Program-made: the position numbers and the translations under genes | Assembly: GCA_964383395.1 (NCBI GenBank) | Contig: CAYLGV010000002.1 | Coordinates: 1-41,887 of the forward strand | Direction of reading: 5' to 3' | From: an uncultured Candidatus Saccharibacteria bacterium | GTDB taxonomy: Bacteria > Patescibacteriota > Saccharimonadia > Saccharimonadales > CAYLGV01 | DNA length: 41,887 nucleotides | In this document: positions 36,008-41,887 of the stretch, one piece after another | Position numbering within the stretch: the first letter of the stretch is position 1 | How the letters are laid out: every line of letters starts with the position of its first letter | The notes under the pieces: model-generated | What the model was told of the DNA's origin: nothing | The model's database searches: none | The model's input: the letters and a program-made list of their open reading frames with translations, nothing else

Positions 36008-37426
36008 CTATTTTGCTCCAGAGCCATTTATAACGGTGCGGATAGTGCGAAGCAGAATGCTAATGTCGAGCCAAAACGTCCAGTTCTGAACATAATACAT
36101 GTCAATAGTGCGGCGTTCTTCAAAACTAATATCACGACGTCCAGAGATTTGTGCCAAGCCCGTTAACCCAGATTTTACACTAAGGATCTTATGGCGCTTT
36201 TCATACTCATTGAGTTCTTGAGGGATGAGTGCGCGAGGACCTACAAGACTAATGTCACCTTTGAAAACGTTGATGAGCTGGGGTAGTTCATCGAGGCTGG
36301 TTTTACGCAAGAAACGTCCCATTGGCGTAACGCGAGGATCTTTTTCTAAGAAATCACCATTAGCTCGGTAGGTTTTCGATAGTTCTGGTTTACCCATCAT
36401 CTTAAATGCTTCTTCTGGTGTAGTGCCGTCGTACTTCTTGTACTGCGTCCTAAATTTATAAACTCTAAAAGAATTATTGAAGCGCGTTAGGCGATCTTGT
36501 CTAAAGAACACCCCACCTCCCCATATGGCATTTATGGCAGCGATCAGTAATAGAAAAGGTGCGAGGAAGATAAGTAAACACAGGCTCATAACGAGGTCAA
36601 ACAAGCGCTTAATGATACGGCCCCAGCCAACCAGAGGTGTTTGATGCACTGCAATTACTGGTAAGCCTGCGAATAACTCCACAGTTATGTTGCCTACGAA
36701 TAAGTCGCTATTGCCTGGAACAAATCGGTATGAAATGTGGTTGATTTGTGCAAAACGTAATATCTCGTCATTGCGCTCCGCAGCTTTGTACAGCTCAGTT
36801 TGAATAATGCCATTTGGCAGTTCTTTAAGATGCTCAAGTGCTTCAGCAAAAGTGGTGTAGTGTTTGAACTTGTCGTTTGAGTTATGGCCGACAATACCAA
36901 CGATACGTACACCTGTATTACGGGTATCAGACATAATCCTGGCAATCTCAGCACTGGCAGTCGTATCACCAACAATCAAGATATTGCTTATACCAATACC
37001 GTAGTTAAAAAGAGCATGGCGAATCCAGCGAGCAATTGAGCGAAAGATGACCAAGAAGGTAAAGCCTACAATGAGGCCATATAGGGGAACGAGACGACCA
37101 GGGAGTAGCTTGTCTTCAGTCATAAAGTCATAGCCAATAACCATGAGAATTCCTAGGAAGGATCCAAACAGCAGGCGTCCCAGCTCACGGAAGCGCCGGT
37201 CGTAAATATTCTGGTTGTAGAGACCCAGTAAGCCATTTACGAGAATCCACAGCGGAAGCACACTAATGATAGTTACTAGATATGCGCGTCCTGGAACGGT
37301 TGAAATGCCAGGTGTCTCAAGCCATCGGAACCGTAAGAAGTAGGCAGTAGCAAAGGCAGCGACCAACGCCAAGAAATCACCAACGATGAGAAACAGTGAG
37401 AAAACGGCCGAGGCGTTGTTCTTCAT
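36008..37426 (-). CDS. polyprenyl-phosphate glycosyl-1-phosphate transferase (WbaP/CpsE-type initiating sugar transferase)
   Basis: The C-terminal bacterial sugar transferase domain contains [25 protein letters not shown] and [28 protein letters not shown]. An N-terminal TM bundle and a central Rossmann-like region are also present. Confidence 0.9.
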   Translation of the reverse strand: MKNNASAVFSLFLIVGDFLALVAAFATAYFLRFRWLETPGISTVPGRAYLVTIISVLPLWILVNGLLGLYNQNIYDRRFRELGRLLFGSFLGILMVIGYDFMTEDKLLPGRLVPLYGLIVGFTFLVIFRSIARWIRHALFNYGIGISNILIVGDTTASAEIARIMSDTRNTGVRIVGIVGHNSNDKFKHYTTFAEALEHLKELPNGIIQTELYKAAERNDEILRFAQINHISYRFVPGNSDLFVGNITVELFAGLPVIAVHQTPLVGWGRIIKRLFDLVMSLCLLIFLAPFLLLIAAINAIWGGGVFFRQDRLTRFNNSFRVYKFRTQYKKYDGTTPEEAFKMMGKPELSKTYRANGDFLEKDPRVTPMGRFLRKTSLDELPQLINVFKGDISLVGPRALIPQELNEYEKRHKILSVKSGLTGLAQISGRRDISFEERRTIDMYYVQNWTFWLDISILLRTIRTVINGSGAK

Positions 37427-37437
37427 ATCTGGTCACC

Positions 37438-37446
37438 ATTGTACCA
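37438..37446 (-). promoter_or_regulatory. extended -10 (TGGTACAAT) for the minus-strand precursor operon
   Basis: The minus-strand TGGTACAAT ends 11 nt before ATG 37426. There is no SD in the gap. Confidence 0.4.
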
Positions 37447-37459
37447 TCGCCAGTCCACT

Positions 37460-37546
37460 TTTTGTTTGTAGGGTACGGAAAGCCGCCAATAGAACAATTG
37501 TTCTTGGCTTTCCTCCGGCAAATAAGCCGAGCCCCTACAAACAAAA
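37460..37546. promoter_or_regulatory. nested inverted-repeat operator containing a GAAC-N4-GTTC palindrome
   Basis: The outer 14-bp arms are TTTTGTTTGTAGGG (37460..37473) and CCCTACAAACAAAA (37533..37546). The middle arms are GGAAAGCC (37477..37484) and GGCTTTCC (37506..37513). At the centre is a perfect 14-bp palindrome AGAACAATTGTTCT (37491..37504). The element lies between two divergent -10 elements. Confidence 0.6.
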
Positions 37547-37567
37547 TGTGTACAGGCATTCTCTCGG

Positions 37568-37576
37568 TGGTATACT
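37568..37576 (+). promoter_or_regulatory. extended -10 (TGGTATACT) for the GtrA-like / LexA-like operon
   Basis: TGGTATACT lies 21 nt before ATG 37598. There is no clear SD. Confidence 0.4.
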
Positions 37577-37597
37577 AGTCTAAGAAGCAAAAGCGCT

Positions 37598-38149
37598 ATG
37601 AAGCTCAAGAAAAAACAAACCAGAGAAATAAAACGCTTTACCGAGTACATGATCAGCGGTGGGGCTTATTTTTGGTCAGGCTATCTGACGTTCTTCATTT
37701 TCGACAAAGGCTTTCAGTCGAGCTTCTTCTGGGCTAAGTCTATCTCGACACTGGTCGGCTGGACGGTAAATTATCTGTTGCAGCGTTACTGGGTATTTAG
37801 AAACCCCAAACTTAAGGACCACCAAACCCAAGTGACTTGGCGTTATGCAGTGATCACCGTCACCGACTTCGTACTTGACTATCTCATTGTCTTTGGGCTT
37901 AAGACGATCGGTATTACGCCTTACATTGGTCAATTTGTATCATCTGGATTCTTCACCATATGGAATTACTTCTGGTACAAGTACTGGGTTTTCCCAGAGC
38001 AGTTCGCCAAGAAAAAGGGCCAACCCAAGGCACGCCCACATGCTCCATACGTTGCACATCGTCCTCATGGACATGCAGCCTATACTCGTAAAACAACCAA
38101 AAAGCCAACTACTAAAGGGGCGAATCGCACAAGGAGACAACATGCCTGA
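37598..38149 (+). CDS. GtrA-like family membrane protein with a basic His/Lys/Arg/Thr-rich C-terminal tail
   Basis: FTEYMISGGAYFWSGYL, LVGWTVNYLLQRYWVF and IWNYFWYKYWVF are GtrA-type. The tail starts at nt 37994. Confidence 0.75.
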   Translation: MKLKKKQTREIKRFTEYMISGGAYFWSGYLTFFIFDKGFQSSFFWAKSISTLVGWTVNYLLQRYWVFRNPKLKDHQTQVTWRYAVITVTDFVLDYLIVFGLKTIGITPYIGQFVSSGFFTIWNYFWYKYWVFPEQFAKKKGQPKARPHAPYVAHRPHGHAAYTRKTTKKPTTKGANRTRRQHA

Positions 38150-38597
38150 AGTTATACGACCAACCAAGAAACAGCGTGAACTGCTCACCTTCATCGAAAC
38201 CTTCATCGGTGAGCATGGCTATAGCCCAAGCTACCGAGAGGTTATGCAGGGCCAGGGCTATAATTCAGTGGCCACCGTAGCCCTACATATAAACAGTCTT
38301 ATTAAACGAGGTCATCTAAAGAAGCGTGACAACTCCGCACGTTCGCTTGAGGTAGTTAAGGCCTCAGATACTTCACCACTGCAAACTAACGAGGTTAAAC
38401 CTCACGAAGAAAAGTGGCTGGTTGAAAAGGTTGAGCATAGATTTACGCAAGCCGAACAAGCAAGTGTACTCGAAGAAGCTGAGCTAGATGCGCTCTATGT
38501 ATTAATAGGTGGCTTAAAGGTACTTGGTCTTGAAGGGGCAGCACAAAGCTTCATCCCCCGTTTAACAGAGTTGAAGGCAAAAACTCAACCGGTCTAG
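38142..38597 (+). CDS. LexA N-terminal DNA-binding-domain protein lacking the S24 peptidase domain
   Basis: AAGGAGA SD, then ATG 38142. The sequence PTKKQRELLTFIETFIGEHGYSPSYREVMQGQGYNSVATVALHINSLIKRGHLKKRDNSARSLEV follows the LexA winged-helix pattern. The remaining 80 aa or so are helical and charged, with no Ala-Gly cleavage site or Ser/Lys dyad motif. The track ORF start at 37875 overlaps the GtrA gene. Confidence 0.75.
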   Translation: MPEVIRPTKKQRELLTFIETFIGEHGYSPSYREVMQGQGYNSVATVALHINSLIKRGHLKKRDNSARSLEVVKASDTSPLQTNEVKPHEEKWLVEKVEHRFTQAEQASVLEEAELDALYVLIGGLKVLGLEGAAQSFIPRLTELKAKTQPV

Positions 38598-38611
38598 CGT
38601 ACAATAAACTC

Positions 38612-39505
38612 ATGGCTATCATTGAACTTAAACACCTCACCAAAATGTATGGCACAAGCCGTGGTGTGAGTGACCTCAACCTCGAAGTCAAAGAAGGCGA
38701 AGTCACGGGCTTTTTGGGCCCAAATGGCGCAGGAAAAACGACAACTATTAGTATGCTCATAGATTTGATTCGCCCGACATCTGGTGAAGTTACTATCTTT
38801 GGCATGGATGCTCGAAAGCAAGGTGTTGAGATTAGGAAACGGATTGGCTTCTTGGCGGGTGACTTTGCGCTTGATAAAGACCTGACAGGGTGGCAGCAAT
38901 TGAAATATTACGGCAATCTGCGTGGTAGCTTCGATAAAGCGTACATTCAAGGACTCGCTGATCGGTTGGAATGTGACCTTAACAAACGATTCAAAAACCT
39001 ATCCCGAGGTAATCGGCAGAAAGTTGGGCTTATTTCAGCCCTTATGCATCGCCCTGAGTTGCTAATTTTTGACGAACCAACCAGTGGCCTGGACCCGCTG
39101 ATGCAGGCGGAATTTAACAGAATCATCGCTGAACATAAAGCAGCTGGAAAGACAGCGTTCATTTCTTCACATGTACTAAGTGAGGTTGAAGCGTTGTGCG
39201 ATAACGTGGCATTTATTCGTGATGGTGAACTGGTTGCAACGCGTACTATGCAGGAGCTGACCCACACTTCAACACGTTTCATTCGGGTTACTACCAAAGA
39301 CAAAAAGCTGCTCCAACAATTGGGTAAGCTACCTGGCACAAAGCTGCAAAATACTACTAATGAGTACACAGAATTCACCTCAACAGGTGACATTAATCAG
39401 GTGGTTGCACTGCTCGCGCATCATAACGTTCAAAACCTCACAATTACAGAAGCTGACCTGGAGTCAATCTTCATGCACTACTACCAGGAGGAAGACCATG
39501 TTTAA
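38612..39505 (+). CDS. ABC transporter ATP-binding protein (ABC-2 / DrrA-like)
   Basis: GPNGAGKTTT, LSRGNRQKVGL and LLIFDEPTSGLD are present. A TACAAT at 38600..38605 lies 6 nt before the ATG. Confidence 0.9.
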   Translation: MAIIELKHLTKMYGTSRGVSDLNLEVKEGEVTGFLGPNGAGKTTTISMLIDLIRPTSGEVTIFGMDARKQGVEIRKRIGFLAGDFALDKDLTGWQQLKYYGNLRGSFDKAYIQGLADRLECDLNKRFKNLSRGNRQKVGLISALMHRPELLIFDEPTSGLDPLMQAEFNRIIAEHKAAGKTAFISSHVLSEVEALCDNVAFIRDGELVATRTMQELTHTSTRFIRVTTKDKKLLQQLGKLPGTKLQNTTNEYTEFTSTGDINQVVALLAHHNVQNLTITEADLESIFMHYYQEEDHV

Positions 39506-40295
39506 GTCTATCTTTACAAAAACTCTGTATCAACAGCGTTGGTCTATCGTGTTTTGGGGTCTGGGTGTGATTGGCATGTGTTTACTGATGATGGCGTTCT
39601 ACCATTCATTTTCTGGTGGGCAGTTCGACGAAGCGCTTAAGAACCTTCCTGAATCAATGAAAGGTTTAGTTGGTGATGTTGATCTTATCAAGACGGTGCC
39701 AGGTTATGTTTCGCAAGAAGTGTTTGGGCTTCGAGTGCCGCTTCTTGTGTTGGTGATGGGTATTATGTTGTTTACTGGCTTGTTGGCTGGAGAAGAAGGC
39801 GACGGCACGCTTCAAACAGTGTTATCACAACCCGTTTCTCGACTAAAGGTTTTTGTTGAGAAACTACTAGCCGGTATAGTGGTGAGCCTGATCATTTGTA
39901 TGACGGCTGTAGTGGGTGTTTGGGTTGGCTTGTTACTCATCAATGAGACGATGAGTATAACTCGATTAATCGAGGCTGTGTTAGGTGTCTGGCTACTCGT
40001 GTTCTTGTTTGGTAGTCTTGGTTTTGCAATCGGTGCGATTACTGGTCGCCGAGGCTTTGCGGGCAGTATTGCTGGCCTGGTGGCATTTTCTACGTATCTT
40101 CTTACGTCATTTGCTGCCAGTGTGAGCGGAATCAAAACGGTTGAGCGATTGTCACCGTTCCACTACTACAACAATCCTGGTATTGCATCCTATGGCCTAA
40201 AGGCAACGAATGTATACGTGATGCTTAGTGTTTCGGCGATCTTTCTCTTGGTAGCGGCTGTGATATTTCTGAAGCGCGATATTTATCAACGCTAG
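39498..40295 (+). CDS. ABC-2 family transporter permease
   Basis: AGGAGGAAG SD, then ATG 39498 (MFKSIFTKTLYQQRWSIVFWG), overlapping the ATPase stop by 8 nt. The protein is multi-TM. The track extension 39360..39497 is a different frame of the ATPase gene. Confidence 0.8.
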   Translation: MFKSIFTKTLYQQRWSIVFWGLGVIGMCLLMMAFYHSFSGGQFDEALKNLPESMKGLVGDVDLIKTVPGYVSQEVFGLRVPLLVLVMGIMLFTGLLAGEEGDGTLQTVLSQPVSRLKVFVEKLLAGIVVSLIICMTAVVGVWVGLLLINETMSITRLIEAVLGVWLLVFLFGSLGFAIGAITGRRGFAGSIAGLVAFSTYLLTSFAASVSGIKTVERLSPFHYYNNPGIASYGLKATNVYVMLSVSAIFLLVAAVIFLKRDIYQR

Positions 40296-40313
40296 CGTAT
40301 ACTAGAGAAGATT

Positions 40314-41111
40314 ATGACGATTTTTCAGGCGTTTATTTTGGGGCTAATCCAAGGCCTCACAGAGTTTATCCCCGTTTCATCCTCGGGTCACCTGGTTATT
40401 GCGCATCATGCGCTTGGAGCATTCAATAATGGCTTGGCCTTTGACGTAGCTCTTCATGCTGGTACGCTCATTGCTCTGATTACATATTTCTGGAAAGACC
40501 TCATTGTTTATGCCAAAGCATTGTTTGTAAAGAGCAAAGAAACACGCCTGACATGGTTACTCATAGCAGCTACCATTCCAGCGGCCGTTATTGGTTTCTT
40601 GCTTGAGAGCTCTGCTGAGTCTGTTTTTCGATCTGGGCGACTTGTAGGATTCACAATGCTTACCTTCGGATTAATTATGATCTTGGCGGAACAGTACTAT
40701 AAGCGTCGCAAACAACACACATCCCTCGAAGATGTTACCACCAAGCAGGCCATGAGTATGGGCTTGGCTCAAGCGATTGCTATCATACCTGGCGTATCAC
40801 GCTCAGGGAGTACTATCACTGCTGGTTTATTCTTTGGGCTTGACCGTGTATCGGCAACTCGCTTTTCATTTTTACTCGGTATTCCTATCACCGCAGGCGC
40901 AATACTAAAAGTCTTCACTGAACAGGGTATTATCCAGCAGTTCCAAGATGAACGTGCTGCTGTTCTTGTTGGCATCGTAACGGCAATGATCAGTGGCTTG
41001 TTTGCTATTCGCTTTATGATTCGTTTTCTTGGTAAGCACGGGCTGTATATCTTTGGGTATTACCGGATAATTATAGGGTTACTATTAATTCTCGTCTTCA
41101 CCTTGAATTGA
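40314..41111 (+). CDS. uppP: undecaprenyl-diphosphate phosphatase
   Basis: FILGLIQGLTEFIPVSSSGHL and IPGVSRSGSTI are canonical BacA/UppP motifs. Confidence 0.93.
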   Translation: MTIFQAFILGLIQGLTEFIPVSSSGHLVIAHHALGAFNNGLAFDVALHAGTLIALITYFWKDLIVYAKALFVKSKETRLTWLLIAATIPAAVIGFLLESSAESVFRSGRLVGFTMLTFGLIMILAEQYYKRRKQHTSLEDVTTKQAMSMGLAQAIAIIPGVSRSGSTITAGLFFGLDRVSATRFSFLLGIPITAGAILKVFTEQGIIQQFQDERAAVLVGIVTAMISGLFAIRFMIRFLGKHGLYIFGYYRIIIGLLLILVFTLN

Positions 41112-41146
41112 CCAATCTAAGCGTAAGCAGGTATCATGGGAGCAAT

Positions 41147-41803
41147 ATGGAATCAGTGAAAAAGAAGAAGAACATCAAGAAACCGCTGTTCGCAGCGGCT
41201 AATGTATTGGTTATTGTTGGTCTTGCCGCTTTCGGCACCTACTATTTCCGCCAGTACCAACACCTAAAAGATAACCCGCCTTCGGCTGATTCAGTCCAAA
41301 AGGCAGAGAACGATAAGATCGTTGCAAAAGCAGCCAAGCTATATAACCTACCATCCGATGAACAGCCACAGGTAATCTTTGTAAAAGATAAGAGCAAACT
41401 TACCGATCAAGAAAAGTCTATCCTTTTGGCAAAAGCCGAAACAGGAGACTACGAGCTTATTTATCTAAAGAATAAACTAGCTGTTCTATACCGACCTTCA
41501 GAGAACAAGATAGTACAATCCAGCCCAGTTACTGTTAACAACACAGCGCTAAAGACGAAAGTCATTGGAACTGCGGTGGCTCGACAAACCGTCACCGAAG
41601 CATTGAAAGCTCAACAGATAACACCTACTGATGGGGGTGATGCTAAAACTCCACCAACGTCTATTGTGGTTGTGGATCTGACAGGTAAAAATGCTGATCA
41701 GGCAAAGAAAATTGCCGATTCAGTCAAGGGTACGGTTGGCAACTTGCCAGCTGGCGAAGACAAGCCTAGTGACGTTGATATCTTGATTGTCGCTGGCCCA
41801 TAA
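41147..41803 (+). CDS. membrane-anchored hypothetical protein (possible LytR_C-like C-terminal domain)
   Basis: I prefer ATG 41147 (MESVKKKKNIKKPLFAAANVLVIVGLAAFG, an N-terminal anchor). The track start at 41108 is a TTG overlapping uppP. The C-terminal SIVVVDLTGKNADQAKKIADSV weakly resembles LytR_C. Confidence 0.6.
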   Translation: MESVKKKKNIKKPLFAAANVLVIVGLAAFGTYYFRQYQHLKDNPPSADSVQKAENDKIVAKAAKLYNLPSDEQPQVIFVKDKSKLTDQEKSILLAKAETGDYELIYLKNKLAVLYRPSENKIVQSSPVTVNNTALKTKVIGTAVARQTVTEALKAQQITPTDGGDAKTPPTSIVVVDLTGKNADQAKKIADSVKGTVGNLPAGEDKPSDVDILIVAGP

Positions 41804-41869
41804 CTACAGTTTCTAACACTAGTTTAGAAGCGTAAGCGTCATGTATAATGTGGGATAAGGTGTCAATAT

Positions 41870-41887
41870 ATGGAAGTTAAATACAAA
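41870..41887 (+). CDS. first 6 codons (MEVKYK) of an unidentified gene running off the right edge
   Basis: TATAAT at 41844..41849, an AAGGTG SD at 41856..41861 and an ATG at 41870. Too short to identify. Confidence 0.3.

Noticed and set aside
37875-38141. Upstream 89 codons of track ORF 37875..38597
   Set aside because: This is a different frame of the GtrA-like gene with no domain signal. The LexA-like homology begins at ATG 38142, which has a good AAGGAGA SD.
39360-39497. Upstream extension of the ABC-2 permease ORF
   Set aside because: It lies within the ABC ATPase coding region in another frame. The ATG at 39498 has an AGGAGG SD and begins the hydrophobic protein.
41811-41829. Hairpin TTCTAA-N7-TTAGAA after the last full gene, considered as an intrinsic terminator
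   Set aside because: The stem is weak (6 bp, AT-rich) and has no following U-run. I have low confidence that it has any function.
41119-41837. 10-mer AAGCGTAAGC repeated at 41119..41128 and 41828..41837, flanking the last full gene. Also the hexamer CTAGCG upstream of starts at 6267, 38594 and 40292.
   Set aside because: Exact 10-mer pairs and 6-mer recurrences are expected by chance at this window size. In two of the CTAGCG cases the TAG is simply the upstream stop codon. This is not enough to call a motif.

Overview
The window is a compact, gene-dense cell-envelope glycan locus. I count about 43 protein genes with very short spacers and many start/stop overlaps. I saw no rRNA, tRNA, CRISPR array, transposase or integrase. 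All functional calls come from motif recognition by eye in the supplied translations, with no database search. Genome style and content suggest a small-genome, Gram-positive-type or CPR (Saccharibacteria-like) bacterium; this is inference only. The supporting features are overlapping genes, a rhamnose pathway, an ABC-exported glycan, GtrA-like proteins, uppP and a GAAC-N4-GTTC box.

Layout:
- 1-1976: partial secreted SGNH hydrolase, hand-translated because it is absent from the ORF track.
- 2.1-2.8 kb: VapBC-type toxin-antitoxin pair.
- 2.8-19.9 kb: Wzm/Wzt-type polysaccharide operon with GT4 and GT2 enzymes and a Wzy_C (O-antigen-ligase-like) protein. It also holds an unusual tailoring block: a DegT aminotransferase, three SAM methyltransferases, a WbqC-like protein, an ATP-grasp::HAD fusion and two tandem cytoplasmic beta-propeller paralogues.
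- 19.9-23.8 kb: minus-strand operon of a polytopic GT-C-like membrane protein plus two exported proteins.
- 24-27.3 kb: GtrA-like protein, UDP-galactopyranose-mutase-like flavoprotein and Ugd.
- 27.3-37.4 kb: ten-gene minus-strand precursor and initiation operon (rfbA, rfbD, rfbC, rfbB, galE, PMM/PGM, glmS, GT4, polyprenyl-phosphate glycosyl-1-phosphate transferase).
- 37.43-37.60 kb: divergent control region with three nested inverted repeats centred on a GAAC-N4-GTTC palindrome.
- 37.6-41.8 kb: a second GtrA-like gene, a LexA-DNA-binding-domain-only regulator, an ABC-2 transporter, uppP and a membrane-anchored protein.

Most interesting:
- The uncharacterised sugar-tailoring block, especially the propeller pair and the ATP-grasp::HAD fusion.
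- The nested palindromic operator next to the truncated LexA-like regulator.
- A recurrent GGTAnAnT -10 element placed 6-21 nt before the start codons of operon-leading genes, which suggests leaderless or short-leader mRNAs.
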